64,000 nucleotides of DNA, taken from the NCBI RefSeq assembly GCF_054482525.1, contig NZ_CM137006.1. One strand, 5' to 3'. The notes under the pieces were generated by a model. The model had not been told where the DNA came from, searched no databases, and saw only the letters and a list, made by a program, of their open reading frames with translations. Both the position numbers and the translations under genes were made by a program. Below are positions 45,394 to 56,248 of this stretch, piece by piece. The stretch's first letter is position 1, and each line of letters opens with the position of its first letter.

Positions 45394-46674
45394 ATGAAAT
45401 TACTTATTCTGGGCAACCACACTTGCGGCAATCGTGGCGACAGCGCCATCCTGCGAGGCTTACTTGATGCCATCAACATCCTCAATCCACATGCCGAAGT
45501 GGACGTGATGAGCCGCTATCCGGTCAGTTCTTCCTGGCTACTCAACCGCCCGGTAATGGGCGATCCGCTGTTCCTGCAAATGAAACAACATAACAGCGCG
45601 GCGGGCGTTGTCGGGCGCGTTAAAAAAGTCCTCCGTCGCCGCTACCAGCATCAGGTATTGCTCTCACGCGTCACCGACACTGGCAAGCTGCGTAATATCG
45701 CCATCGCCCAGGGATTCACCGACTTCGTGCGCCTGCTGTCAGGTTACGACGCCATTATTCAGGTCGGCGGATCGTTTTTTGTCGATCTCTACGGCGTGCC
45801 GCAGTTTGAACATGCGCTTTGCACGTTTATGGCGAAAAAGCCGCTGTTTATGATTGGTCACAGCGTCGGCCCCTTCCAGGATGAGCAATTTAACCAACTG
45901 GCGAACTACGTTTTCGGTCACTGTGACGCGCTGATCCTGCGCGAGTCGGTTAGCCTCGATCTAATGAAACGCAGCAATATCACCACTGCAAAAGTGGAAC
46001 ATGGCGTCGATACCGCGTGGCTGGTCGATCACCACACAGAAGATTTCACCGCCAGCTATGCCGTCCAACACTGGCTGGACGTTGCCGCACAACAGAAAAC
46101 GGTGGCAATTACCCTGCGCGAACTGGCACCGTTCGACAAACGTCTCGGCACCACTCAACAAGCGTATGAAAAAGCCTTTGCCGGGTTGGTCAATCGCATT
46201 CTCGACGAAGGGTATCAGGTGATTGCGCTCTCCACCTGTACGGGCATCGACAGCTATAACAAAGACGACCGCATGGTGGCGCTCAACCTGCGCCAGCACA
46301 TCAGCGATCCTGCCCGTTATCACGTAGTGATGGATGAACTCAACGATCTGGAAATGGGCAAAATTCTCGGTGCCTGTGAACTCACCGTCGGTACGCGCCT
46401 GCACTCGGCTATTATCTCGATGAACTTTGCCACTCCGGCAATTGCCATCAACTATGAACATAAATCCGCCGGGATTATGCAGCAGCTGGGGCTGCAAGAG
46501 ATGGCGATTGATATCCGTCATTTATTAGACGGCAGCCTGCAAGCGATGGTTGCGGATACCTTAGGCCAGCTTCCGGCGCTGAATGCGCGACTTAGTGAAG
46601 CCGTCAGTCGTGAGCGTCAGACAGGAATGCAGATGGTGCAGTCAGTGCTTGAGCGCATCGGGGAGGCGAAATGA
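45394..46674 (+). CDS. wcaK: Colanic acid biosynthesis pyruvyl transferase WcaK
   Basis: 426-aa ORF; position and length match wcaK. Confidence 0.88.
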   Translation: MKLLILGNHTCGNRGDSAILRGLLDAINILNPHAEVDVMSRYPVSSSWLLNRPVMGDPLFLQMKQHNSAAGVVGRVKKVLRRRYQHQVLLSRVTDTGKLRNIAIAQGFTDFVRLLSGYDAIIQVGGSFFVDLYGVPQFEHALCTFMAKKPLFMIGHSVGPFQDEQFNQLANYVFGHCDALILRESVSLDLMKRSNITTAKVEHGVDTAWLVDHHTEDFTASYAVQHWLDVAAQQKTVAITLRELAPFDKRLGTTQQAYEKAFAGLVNRILDEGYQVIALSTCTGIDSYNKDDRMVALNLRQHISDPARYHVVMDELNDLEMGKILGACELTVGTRLHSAIISMNFATPAIAINYEHKSAGIMQQLGLQEMAIDIRHLLDGSLQAMVADTLGQLPALNARLSEAVSRERQTGMQMVQSVLERIGEAK

Positions 46675-47891
46675 AGGTCGGCTTCTTTTTACTGAAATTC
46701 CCGCTGTCGTCAGAAACCTTCGTCCTCAACCAAATCACTGCGTTTATTGATATGGGCTTTGAGGTGGAGATTGTCGCGCTGCAAAAAGGCGACACCCAGA
46801 ACACCCACGCGGCATGGACGAAATACAACCTTGCCGCCAGAACCCGCTGGTTACAGGACGAACCTACGGGCAAAGTGGCGAAGCTGCGCCACCGCGCCAG
46901 CCAGACCTTACGCGGCATTCATCGTAAAAATACCTGGCAGGCGCTCAACCTCAAACGCTATGGTGCCGAGTCGCGGAACCTGATTTTGTCTGCCATTTGC
47001 GGCCAGGTCGCAACACCGTTTCGCGCCGATGTGTTCATCGCTCATTTTGGCCCGGCGGGGGTAACCGCAGCAAAACTACGGGAACTGGGTGTCATTCGCG
47101 GCAAAATCGCTACTATCTTCCACGGCATTGATATCTCCAGTCGGGAAGTGCTCAACCACTACACCCCCGAATATCAGCAACTGTTTCGCCGTGGCGATTT
47201 GATGCTACCGATAAGCGAGCTGTGGGCCGGAAGGCTGCAAAAAATGGGCTGCCCGAGGGAAAAAATCGCCGTATCGCGCATGGGCGTGGACATGACGCGC
47301 TTTAGCCCGCGTCCGGTGAAAGCGCCCGCAACGCCGCTGGAAATCATTTCCGTCGCACGCTTAACCGAGAAAAAAGGCCTGCATGTGGCGATTGAAGCCT
47401 GCCGTCAGTTGAAAGAGCAGGGCGTGGCATTTCGCTATCGCATCCTCGGCATTGGCCCGTGGGAACGACGCCTGCGCACCCTCATCGAACAATATCAACT
47501 GGAAGATGTGGTGGAGATGCCGGGCTTTAAACCGAGCCATGAAGTGAAAGCGATGCTCGATGACGCGGATGTCTTCCTGTTGCCATCGGTAACGGGTGCG
47601 GACGGTGATATGGAAGGTATTCCGGTGGCACTAATGGAAGCGATGGCGGTCGGCATTCCAGTAGTTTCCACTCTGCATAGCGGAATACCGGAACTGGTAG
47701 AGGCCGATAAATCCGGCTGGCTGGTGCCTGAGAACGATGCTCGCGCACTGGCGCAACGACTGGCGGCGTTTAGCCAACTGGACACCGACGAACTGGCTCC
47801 GGTCGTCAAACGCGCACGCGAAAAAGTCGAACACGATTTTAACCAGCAGGTGATCAATCGAGAACTCGCCAGCTTGCTGCAGGCTTTATAG
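46671..47891 (+). CDS. wcaL: Colanic acid biosynthesis glycosyltransferase WcaL (GT4)
   Basis: 406-aa ORF with the GT4 EX7E-type motif region ([29 protein letters not shown]). Confidence 0.88.
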   Translation: MKVGFFLLKFPLSSETFVLNQITAFIDMGFEVEIVALQKGDTQNTHAAWTKYNLAARTRWLQDEPTGKVAKLRHRASQTLRGIHRKNTWQALNLKRYGAESRNLILSAICGQVATPFRADVFIAHFGPAGVTAAKLRELGVIRGKIATIFHGIDISSREVLNHYTPEYQQLFRRGDLMLPISELWAGRLQKMGCPREKIAVSRMGVDMTRFSPRPVKAPATPLEIISVARLTEKKGLHVAIEACRQLKEQGVAFRYRILGIGPWERRLRTLIEQYQLEDVVEMPGFKPSHEVKAMLDDADVFLLPSVTGADGDMEGIPVALMEAMAVGIPVVSTLHSGIPELVEADKSGWLVPENDARALAQRLAAFSQLDTDELAPVVKRAREKVEHDFNQQVINRELASLLQAL

Positions 47892-47901
47892 AGGAGAACG
47901 C

Positions 47902-49296
47902 ATGCCATTTAAAAAACTCTCCCGACGCACCTTCCTGACGGCAAGCTCGGCGCTTGCCTTCCTCCATACCCCTTTCGCTCGCGCACTTCCCGACCAACAG
48001 AGCGTTAACATTAACGACTACAACCCTCACGACTGGATCGCCTCATTTAAACAAGCCTTCAGCGAAGGGCAAACAGTCGTCGTGCCTGCCGGATTGGTTT
48101 GCGACAATATCAACACCGGCATCTTCATTCCTCCTGGCAAAACGTTACACATCCTTGGAAGCCTGCGCGGCAACGGCAGAGGGCGATTTGTTTTACAGGA
48201 CGGCAGCCAGGTGACAGGGGAGGAGGGCGGCAGTATGCATAACATCACCCTGGATGTGCGTGGTTCTGACTGCACCATCAAAGGGTTGGCGATGAGCGGC
48301 TTTGGCCCGGTAACGCAGATTTATATCGGCGGCAAAAACAAACGGGTCATGCGCAACCTGACCATCGATAACTTGACCGTTAGCCACGCTAATTACGCCA
48401 TTTTACGCCAGGGATTTCATAACCAGATTATCGGTGCCAACATCACCAACTGTAAGTTCAGCGACTTACAGGGCGACGCCATTGAATGGAACGTGGCAAT
48501 TAACGACAGTGATATTTTGATTTCCGACCACATCATCGAGCGCATCAACTGTACTAACGGAAAAATCAACTGGGGCATTGGCATAGGCCTTGCGGGAAGT
48601 ACCTACAATAACAATTACCCGGAAGACCAGACAGTGAAAAATTTTGTTGTGGCGAATATCACGGGATCGGATTGTCGGCAGTTGATACATGTTGAAAATG
48701 GTAAACATTTTGTTATTCGTAATATCAAAGCCCGCAATATCACACCGGATTTCAGTAAGAAAGCAGGTATTGATAACGCCACAGTTGCTATTTATGGTTG
48801 TGACAACTTTGTGATTGATAATATTGAAATGATTAATAGTGCCGGGATGTTAATCGGCTATGGGGTAATTAAAGGCAAATATCTCTCGATACCGCAGAAT
48901 TTCCGGGTGAATAATATTCAACTGGATAATACTCATCTTGCTTATAAATTGCGCGGCATTCAAATCTCCGCCGGGAATGCTGTCTCCTTTGTGGCGCTGA
49001 CTAACATTGAGATGAAGCGTGCGTCGCTGGAGTTACACAACAAACCGCAACATCTTTTTATGCGTAATATCAATGTGATGCAGGAATCCTCAGTTGGACC
49101 CGCATTGAGCATGAACTTCGACATGCGCAAAGACGTACGAGGTGTCTTTATGGCGAAAAAAGAAACACTGCTATCTCTTGCAAATGTTCATGCGGTGAAT
49201 GAAAGAGGGCAAAGCTCTGTCGATATCGACAGGATTAATCACCATATTGTTAATGTGGAAAAGATTAACTTTAGATTGCCGGAACGGAGGGAGTAG
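47902..49296 (+). CDS. wcaM: Colanic acid biosynthesis protein WcaM
   Basis: 464-aa ORF with a Tat/Sec-like N-terminus ([21 protein letters not shown]); last gene of the colanic acid cluster. Confidence 0.88.
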   Translation: MPFKKLSRRTFLTASSALAFLHTPFARALPDQQSVNINDYNPHDWIASFKQAFSEGQTVVVPAGLVCDNINTGIFIPPGKTLHILGSLRGNGRGRFVLQDGSQVTGEEGGSMHNITLDVRGSDCTIKGLAMSGFGPVTQIYIGGKNKRVMRNLTIDNLTVSHANYAILRQGFHNQIIGANITNCKFSDLQGDAIEWNVAINDSDILISDHIIERINCTNGKINWGIGIGLAGSTYNNNYPEDQTVKNFVVANITGSDCRQLIHVENGKHFVIRNIKARNITPDFSKKAGIDNATVAIYGCDNFVIDNIEMINSAGMLIGYGVIKGKYLSIPQNFRVNNIQLDNTHLAYKLRGIQISAGNAVSFVALTNIEMKRASLELHNKPQHLFMRNINVMQESSVGPALSMNFDMRKDVRGVFMAKKETLLSLANVHAVNERGQSSVDIDRINHHIVNVEKINFRLPERRE

Positions 49297-49453
49297 ATTT
49301 GCGACCATTCATAAACTTACTGGATATAATGTTCTAAAAGATTATAATCCTCACACTAACTGTTAAAGCTGGGGCTGGGCAGCATTGACTACTCAGGGAA
49401 GGTACTCATCTTTATCTTGTGTTTCTTACGTAACAACCAGACTAAAGTGATTT

Positions 49454-50449
49454 ATGAACGATAACGTTTTGCTCATAGGAGCTTCCGGATTCGTAGGAAC
49501 CCGACTACTTGAAACGGCAATTGCTGACTTTAATATCAAGAACCTGGACAAACAGCAGAGCCACTTTTATCCAGAAATCACACAGATTGGCGATGTTCGT
49601 GATCAACAGACACTCGACCAGGCGTTAGCCGGTTTTGACACTGTTGTACTACTGGCAGCGGAACACCGCGATGATGTCAGTCCTACTTCTCTCTATTATG
49701 ATGTCAACGTTCAGGGTACCCGCAATGTACTGGCGGCCATGGAAAAAAATGGCGTTAAAAATATCATCTTTACCAGTTCCGTTGCTGTTTATGGTTTGAA
49801 CAAACACAACCCTGACGAAAACCATCCACACGACCCTTTCAACCACTACGGCAAAAGTAAGTGGCAGGCAGAGGAGGTGCTGCGTGAATGGTATAACAAA
49901 GCACCAACAGAACGTTCATTAACCATCATCCGTCCTACCGTTATCTTCGGTGAACGCAACCGCGGTAACGTCTATAACTTGCTGAAACAGATCGCTGGCG
50001 GCAAGTTTATGATGGTGGGCGCAGGGACTAACTATAAGTCCATGGCTTATGTTGGAAACATTGTTGAGTTTATTAAGTACAAACTGAAGAATGTTGCCGC
50101 AGGTTATGAGGTTTATAACTACGTTGATAAGCCAGACCTGAACATGAACCAGTTGGTTGCTGAAGTTGAACAAAGCCTGAACAAAAAGATCCCTTCTATG
50201 CACTTGCCTTACCCACTAGGAATGCTGGGTGGATATTGCTTTGATATCCTGAGCAAAATTACGGGCAAAAAATACGCTGTCAGCTCTGTGCGCGTGAAAA
50301 AATTCTGCGCAACTACACAGTTTGACGCAACGAAAGTGCATTCTTCAGGTTTTGTGGCACCGTATACGCTGTCGCAAGGTCTGGATCGAACTCTGCAGTA
50401 TGAATTCGTCCATGCCAAAAAAGACGACATAACGTTTGTTTCTGAGTAA
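49454..50449 (+). CDS. gne: NAD-dependent epimerase of the Gne/Gnu type (UDP-GalNAc or GlcNAc-PP-undecaprenol 4-epimerase family)
   Basis: 331-aa ORF with a Rossmann N-terminus (LLIGASGFVGTRLLE), located between wcaM and galF. Assignment rests on the fold and this characteristic position. Confidence 0.7.
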   Translation: MNDNVLLIGASGFVGTRLLETAIADFNIKNLDKQQSHFYPEITQIGDVRDQQTLDQALAGFDTVVLLAAEHRDDVSPTSLYYDVNVQGTRNVLAAMEKNGVKNIIFTSSVAVYGLNKHNPDENHPHDPFNHYGKSKWQAEEVLREWYNKAPTERSLTIIRPTVIFGERNRGNVYNLLKQIAGGKFMMVGAGTNYKSMAYVGNIVEFIKYKLKNVAAGYEVYNYVDKPDLNMNQLVAEVEQSLNKKIPSMHLPYPLGMLGGYCFDILSKITGKKYAVSSVRVKKFCATTQFDATKVHSSGFVAPYTLSQGLDRTLQYEFVHAKKDDITFVSE

Positions 50450-50691
50450 TGCAGACGAGTCAGAGAAAAAAGGACCAGGTTAGACTACGATTATTCGGAA
50501 AGAGGTACTGATTAAATTATCAGTATGTGGATTTCCGAGTAATCCGAGTAACCCAGATGCTGATGGTGTGTAGTGTTATCGTAAGGTTTAATCAAAGTTA
50601 TGCGGAGCTAAGCTTTGGTATATAGCCATAACGTTTGGCTAACCTATGGCAATAATTTACGCACTATCAGCCACTTAGAGGTAGGAAAAGA

Positions 50692-51585
50692 ATGACGAAT
50701 TTAAAAGCAGTTATACCGGTAGCAGGTCTTGGGATGCATATGTTGCCTGCCACTAAGGCGATACCCAAAGAGATGCTACCGATCGTCGACAAGCCAATGA
50801 TTCAGTACATTGTTGACGAGATTGTGGCTGCAGGGATCAAAGAAATCCTCCTGGTAACTCATGCGTCCAAGAACGCGGTCGAAAACCACTTCGACACCTC
50901 TTATGAATTAGAATCTCTCCTTGAACAGCGCGTGAAGCGTCAGCTGCTGGCGGAAGTGCAGTCGATCTGTCCACCGGGAGTGACCATTATGAACGTGCGT
51001 CAGGGCGAACCTTTAGGTTTAGGCCACTCCATTTTGTGTGCGCGACCCGCCATTGGCGACAACCCATTTGTCGTGGTACTGCCAGACGTAGTGATCGACG
51101 ACGCCAGCGCCGACCCGCTGCGCTACAACCTTGCTGCCATGATTGCGCGCTTCAATGAAACGGGCCGTAGCCAGGTGCTGGCAAAACGTATGCCGGGTGA
51201 CCTTTCTGAATACTCCGTTATTCAGACCAAAGAGCCGCTGGATCGTGAAGGCAAAGTCAGCCGCATTGTTGAATTTATCGAAAAACCGGATCAGCCGCAG
51301 ACGCTGGACTCAGACATCATGGCCGTTGGTCGCTATGTGCTTTCTGCGGATATTTGGCCGGAACTTGAACGCACTCAACCTGGTGCATGGGGGCGTATTC
51401 AGCTGACTGATGCCATTGCTGAACTGGCGAAAAAACAGTCCGTTGATGCAATGCTGATGACCGGTGACAGTTACGATTGTGGCAAGAAAATGGGCTATAT
51501 GCAGGCGTTTGTGAAGTATGGACTGCGCAACCTGAAAGAAGGGGCGAAGTTCCGTAAAGGTATTGAAAAGCTGTTAAGCGAATAA
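50692..51585 (+). CDS. galF: UTP-glucose-1-phosphate uridylyltransferase paralogue GalF
   Basis: 297-aa ORF starting [41 protein letters not shown]; marks the 5' flank of O-antigen clusters. Confidence 0.93.
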   Translation: MTNLKAVIPVAGLGMHMLPATKAIPKEMLPIVDKPMIQYIVDEIVAAGIKEILLVTHASKNAVENHFDTSYELESLLEQRVKRQLLAEVQSICPPGVTIMNVRQGEPLGLGHSILCARPAIGDNPFVVVLPDVVIDDASADPLRYNLAAMIARFNETGRSQVLAKRMPGDLSEYSVIQTKEPLDREGKVSRIVEFIEKPDQPQTLDSDIMAVGRYVLSADIWPELERTQPGAWGRIQLTDAIAELAKKQSVDAMLMTGDSYDCGKKMGYMQAFVKYGLRNLKEGAKFRKGIEKLLSE

Positions 51586-51838
51586 TGAAAATCTGACCGG
51601 ATGTAACGGTTGATAAGAAAATTATAACGGCGGTGAGGATTCGTGGGGCTAATTGTACTCATTGCCTCATTCTTTCTTTATACCGTTCTAAATATGAGTA
51701 ACAATAACTTTTCAATAGGCATTTATTGTGGGAGGCTGAGATTTTCTCCATCTCTGAAGCGATTTGGTAAAACGTTCAGAGTTAAGCTTTTCGAACTAAC
51801 CATAACGGTTAATGCTAGTTACAACTAGGACATGCATG

Positions 51839-51877
51839 CAGTACGCTGGTAGCTGTTGAGCCAGGGGCGGTAGCGTG
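51839..51877 (+). promoter_or_regulatory. JUMPstart element with ops site (GGCGGTAGCGTG) in the O-antigen cluster leader
   Basis: CAGTACGCTGGTAGCTGTTGAGCCAGGGGCGGTAGCGTG has the same architecture as the wza-leader element; ops core at 51866-51877, about 80 bp upstream of wzx. Confidence 0.85.
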
Positions 51878-51957
51878 AATTAAATGTTTATCCCATATTA
51901 CTTAACAAATTGTAAACTATCGTGCAAAATAAGACTTGTTAAGTACGTAGGCTCGTT

Positions 51958-53193
51958 ATGTTAAAAAACATCATCTATTTATTAAGCGTTCAAGGTGGCA
52001 ATTATATATTTCCATTGGTCACACTGCCTTATCTTGTCAGGATCCTTGAACCTACAGGATACGGGATATATGGGTATAGTTTTGCTGTGGTCCAATATTT
52101 TATATTATTTATTGATTACGGATTTAACTACTCAGCGCCCAAAATCATATCAATATCAAGGGAAAATACTGATTCCATAAGTAAAGTTTTTTGGAATGTA
52201 ACGTTTATCAAAATAATTGCAGCATCTCTTGGTTTGTTAATTATTTATTTAATTTCGGAATTGAATATCATTGATTACCAAATTAAATTTATCATTCTTG
52301 CATACATATCTGTCGTAGGAAATTTAATATATCCAGTATGGTTTTTTCAAGGGCTGGAAAAAATGTTAGGAATAGCGATAAGTATGTTTTCCGCACGCTT
52401 ACTTACACTATGTTTAACATTTTTATTGGTTAAAAGTGAAAAGGATCTTGGTATAGCGATAACAATACAATCATCAATAACAGTTATTGCAGGTATAATA
52501 TCTACATATTTTTTATTTTCTCTTAAAAAAATAATATGGGTACCACCATCCTTATCCAAAATGAAAGAGTTAATTTATGATGGATGGCATTACTTCATTT
52601 CCTCTGCAGCAATAAGCCTTTATACTACTAGTTCAACAATAATATTAGGTGCATTATCAGGAACAACTGCAGTGGGATATTTTATCGCTGCAGATAAAAT
52701 TAGGCTTGCACTACAAGGCGTTATTGGTCCTATAACCCAAGCTGTTTTTCCTAGAGTAACTTATATAATGAAGGATAATCATGACGATGGACTATTATTA
52801 GCCAGGAAAGTGTTTCGATGGCAATTTTCACTGATGTTCGTACTTTCCATATTTCTTTACTTTTTTGCAGACGATATAATTTTAATCATGTATGGAAAAA
52901 CGTATCATGAATCTTTAGAAATACTCAAGGTTTTAGCTTTTACTCCAGCAATAGTTACGGTAAGTAATTATATTGCAATTTTAGTAATGATCCCTATTGG
53001 TATGAAAAAAGAATTTACAAAAATTATTACTACCAGTGGATTAATAGGCCTACTGATAATTACTTATTTGACTAATGAATACTCAGGAGTTGGTACAGCA
53101 ATAGGAGTTATTTCAACTGAGTTTATAATAATGGCGAGATTTTACTTTTTGATTAAGAAAACAAATAAATTAAATAATTTAAATTTATTGTAG
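51958..53193 (+). CDS. wzx: O-antigen flippase Wzx
   Basis: 411-aa AT-rich polytopic membrane ORF with a PST-family N-terminus (...IFPLVTLPYLVRILEPTGYGIYG...). Confidence 0.8.
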   Translation: MLKNIIYLLSVQGGNYIFPLVTLPYLVRILEPTGYGIYGYSFAVVQYFILFIDYGFNYSAPKIISISRENTDSISKVFWNVTFIKIIAASLGLLIIYLISELNIIDYQIKFIILAYISVVGNLIYPVWFFQGLEKMLGIAISMFSARLLTLCLTFLLVKSEKDLGIAITIQSSITVIAGIISTYFLFSLKKIIWVPPSLSKMKELIYDGWHYFISSAAISLYTTSSTIILGALSGTTAVGYFIAADKIRLALQGVIGPITQAVFPRVTYIMKDNHDDGLLLARKVFRWQFSLMFVLSIFLYFFADDIILIMYGKTYHESLEILKVLAFTPAIVTVSNYIAILVMIPIGMKKEFTKIITTSGLIGLLIITYLTNEYSGVGTAIGVISTEFIIMARFYFLIKKTNKLNNLNLL

Positions 53194-53201
53194 GGCTAAC
53201 A

Positions 53202-53927
53202 ATGAATAAACCAACTTTAACAATAGTTACCGTTGTGTACAATGGCGAAATGTATATCGAAGATACTATAAAAAGTGTCTTATCACAAAACTGCAATGAT
53301 GACATTGAATATATTATAATTGATGGTGCATCAACGGATAATACTCTAAATATTGTTAATTCTTACAAAAATGAAATTTCATATATCATTTCTGAAAATG
53401 ATAATGGTATATATGATGCAATGAATAAAGGTGTGTTAAAAGCATCTGGAAATTATATAGGATTTATAAACGCTGATGATTTTTATAATAAAGATGTATT
53501 ATGTCAAGTAATAAAAGTAATGAAAGAAAATAAATATGATGTTATTTATGGAAATATGTCTTTGGTAGAGGCTGATAGCTTGGATGTTATTCAGGTCCGG
53601 AGGCCTAAAGACTGGAAACTACATATAGATATGAATTTAAGCCATCCGGCCACATTTATTAGAAAAGATATCCACAGAGAAAATTTATTTAATACTAGCT
53701 ATAAAATTGCTTCTGATTATGATCTTTTGCTAAAATTGAAGAAACAAGGTTATATCTTTCATTATATTGATAAAAATATCTCTTCGATGAGAAATGCCGG
53801 CCTTAGCGCTAAAAATGTAAAATTAGCATTGGAGGAAGCGAGACAAATCCGAAAGAAAAGAAACGGGAAATTATATGCGGCGTTAGCAGATATTTACCTA
53901 TTTATGAGAAAAGTTATAAAAAGATGA
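53202..53927 (+). CDS. O-antigen glycosyltransferase, GT2 family (WcaE-like)
   Basis: 241-aa ORF with IIIDGASTDNT and [11 protein letters not shown] motifs shared with WcaE. Confidence 0.75.
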   Translation: MNKPTLTIVTVVYNGEMYIEDTIKSVLSQNCNDDIEYIIIDGASTDNTLNIVNSYKNEISYIISENDNGIYDAMNKGVLKASGNYIGFINADDFYNKDVLCQVIKVMKENKYDVIYGNMSLVEADSLDVIQVRRPKDWKLHIDMNLSHPATFIRKDIHRENLFNTSYKIASDYDLLLKLKKQGYIFHYIDKNISSMRNAGLSAKNVKLALEEARQIRKKRNGKLYAALADIYLFMRKVIKR

Positions 53928-55159
53928 TTAATAGAAACATAAAAATTAGTGCTTCATTTATTTCAATAATTTATTTGCCTTTTGCTTTATTATTAGCAAT
54001 GATTGAAATGATTAATGGGGCCAGATGGAGTGTTTATGTATGTTCATTTATGCTAGGGGTACTAGCATTTTTGTTAATACCTTATGAAAATTGGGATTTG
54101 ACTAGGCATTATGAAACATATTTATATGTTAGTCAAACATCACTAAACAAAGTTTTTGAAAATAGTGACAATAGATATATTACAATAAATACTGTTATTT
54201 ATTTATTTAAATCTTTAGGAATAAAAAAAGAATTTTTACCTTTTTTTTCAACATTTTTATCATATATTTTTTATTTTAATATATATGTTAATCACATTAA
54301 AAAATACAATCCGGAATTATCTCATAGATGTATATATTTATATATTCTAATAAGCGTAATCCCATTTTTTGCTATAGCTAGTTCATTGCGGCAATATCTT
54401 GCATTTAGTATTATGCTTTATATGATCATACAGTATTTCACCAGTGAAAATAATAGGTATAAGTCACAAAAAATTATATTCTCTGCAATTATTTCATGTT
54501 GTATTCATCCCAGCGCAATACTATTGCTAGGTGTTTTTTTTGTTAGCAAATTAATAAGACTTAACAAAACAATATTGTATTTAATAATATTAGTTCTAAT
54601 CCTTAACCATGATGGATTAATATCTTCTTTGCTATTTCAATTGATTAGGCCATTATTGGAAAGCTTAGGTTTTTACTTTCCCGAATATATGGACTCTGTA
54701 ACCATAGGCATAAGCAATAGCTTGCTGAGCACTAATGAATATATCTTGAATAAGATCATATTACCGTCAGTGTTTTTTATTTTTACTTTTATCTATTTAA
54801 TTTTATTTAATAAAAAAATGACGAGGCAAGAGTCACAAATCAAAAATTTTTGCAGTTTACTTCTTTTGCTGATATGCCTTTTATCGTTATCGCCTGATTT
54901 ATTTTATCGATTTTCCATTTTCTGGGTGTTATTATATAGTTATATATTTTTCTCCTACGATATTAATAAAATTAGCAAACTATGTAAGCATCTGATCTTC
55001 TTAATACTCATTACCGCATGTTCAATCATAAATTTGGCACAGGCAAATATGGGTAAAGATATTATTTATGTGTCTTGGTGCGATATATTGTATAAGCCCT
55101 CATTATTCCTATTCAATAAAGAAGTTAAATCAGCAGAATATATAAGAGTGAGTCAATAA
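53924..55159 (+). CDS. wzy: O-antigen polymerase Wzy
   Basis: 411-aa very hydrophobic, AT-rich ORF with many predicted membrane segments and no recognisable catalytic motif, as is typical of Wzy. Confidence 0.7.
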   Translation: MINRNIKISASFISIIYLPFALLLAMIEMINGARWSVYVCSFMLGVLAFLLIPYENWDLTRHYETYLYVSQTSLNKVFENSDNRYITINTVIYLFKSLGIKKEFLPFFSTFLSYIFYFNIYVNHIKKYNPELSHRCIYLYILISVIPFFAIASSLRQYLAFSIMLYMIIQYFTSENNRYKSQKIIFSAIISCCIHPSAILLLGVFFVSKLIRLNKTILYLIILVLILNHDGLISSLLFQLIRPLLESLGFYFPEYMDSVTIGISNSLLSTNEYILNKIILPSVFFIFTFIYLILFNKKMTRQESQIKNFCSLLLLLICLLSLSPDLFYRFSIFWVLLYSYIFFSYDINKISKLCKHLIFLILITACSIINLAQANMGKDIIYVSWCDILYKPSLFLFNKEVKSAEYIRVSQ

Positions 55160-55160
55160 A

Positions 55161-56228
55161 ATGTCCATTGGAGTCTTTAAGCTGTATGAAAATAAAATAG
55201 GTGGCACTGAGAAAGCAGTTGAAAATCTAATTGATATATTAACTAAAAACAGCCTACAAGTGAGATGTTTTTCAGCAATAAACGCACAAGAGATACAAGT
55301 TAGAGAAGATAATCGGAAAACCTACTTATTCCAAGACAATACTGCATATGAAGAAAGCAAATTAAGGTTTTACATTAAATATTTGTTTTTTTTGAGTGCC
55401 AAAAGTAAAGACCTTGAATTAATAATTTCCACGGATATAGCTACATCATCATTATTGTTATTGATTGGTTTTTTTCGGTGTAATAAGAATAAAATTATTT
55501 GCTGGGAACATTATCCATTTGACAAGAATAGTATTTTTTGGAGAAAAGTATTTAAATTTCTTTTGTCTCTTAATAAAAAAGCTGTAGTAGTTTGTAATTC
55601 TCACAAGGAAAAAGATAAGTTTACTTTTTGTAAAAGGGTTGTAATTATACCAAATTCAATCAAAACGCAAAAATATAAGCGCATACATCAAGGAAAAGAA
55701 ACTCTTGATTTGATTTATATTGGTCGGATTGTTAAAGATAAAGGAGTTGAAAGGTTAATTAATGCAGTAATAAATCACCCGTCTACAAAAAAGTATGTTT
55801 TACACATTGTAGGAGGTGGTCAAGAGCTGGAGTATCTCAAATCTAAATATAAGAATAACAACCAAATACACTTTCATGGACCGAGTTTAAACACAGATGT
55901 TTTTTTGGCAAAAAGTGATGTTTTTGTATCCGGTTCATACTTTGAATGTTTTCCTGTTACAATACTTGAAGCTATGTCCTACGGATTACCTGTAATTTCA
56001 ATGGATATATCTGGAGGGACAAGTAGCGTGATTTCTTCATCGGGTGGCGGATTTGTGTGTCAATCTCAAATTGAATTTCAGGAAAAACTAACTTACTTTG
56101 AAGATAATGTTAAACGAACCGAACACGGAAATGCAGGATTCCTATTCGTGAATAGACATTATACAGAAGAAATAGTTAGTGCTCAGTGGATGAGTTTGAT
56201 CAATCGAGCCAATAGTCAAGAAAATTAA
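55161..56228 (+). CDS. O-antigen glycosyltransferase, GT4 family
   Basis: 355-aa ORF with a GT-B C-terminal motif region (...SGSYFECFPVTILEAMSYGLPVIS...). Confidence 0.75.
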   Translation: MSIGVFKLYENKIGGTEKAVENLIDILTKNSLQVRCFSAINAQEIQVREDNRKTYLFQDNTAYEESKLRFYIKYLFFLSAKSKDLELIISTDIATSSLLLLIGFFRCNKNKIICWEHYPFDKNSIFWRKVFKFLLSLNKKAVVVCNSHKEKDKFTFCKRVVIIPNSIKTQKYKRIHQGKETLDLIYIGRIVKDKGVERLINAVINHPSTKKYVLHIVGGGQELEYLKSKYKNNNQIHFHGPSLNTDVFLAKSDVFVSGSYFECFPVTILEAMSYGLPVISMDISGGTSSVISSSGGGFVCQSQIEFQEKLTYFEDNVKRTEHGNAGFLFVNRHYTEEIVSAQWMSLINRANSQEN

Positions 56229-56248
56229 GGTATTGGAGCTATTAAAGT

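Noticed and set aside
51643-51828. 61-aa ORF in the galF-wzx intergenic region
   Set aside because: It lies in the AT-rich O-antigen leader just upstream of the JUMPstart element, has no SD, and has low-complexity composition; most likely non-coding.
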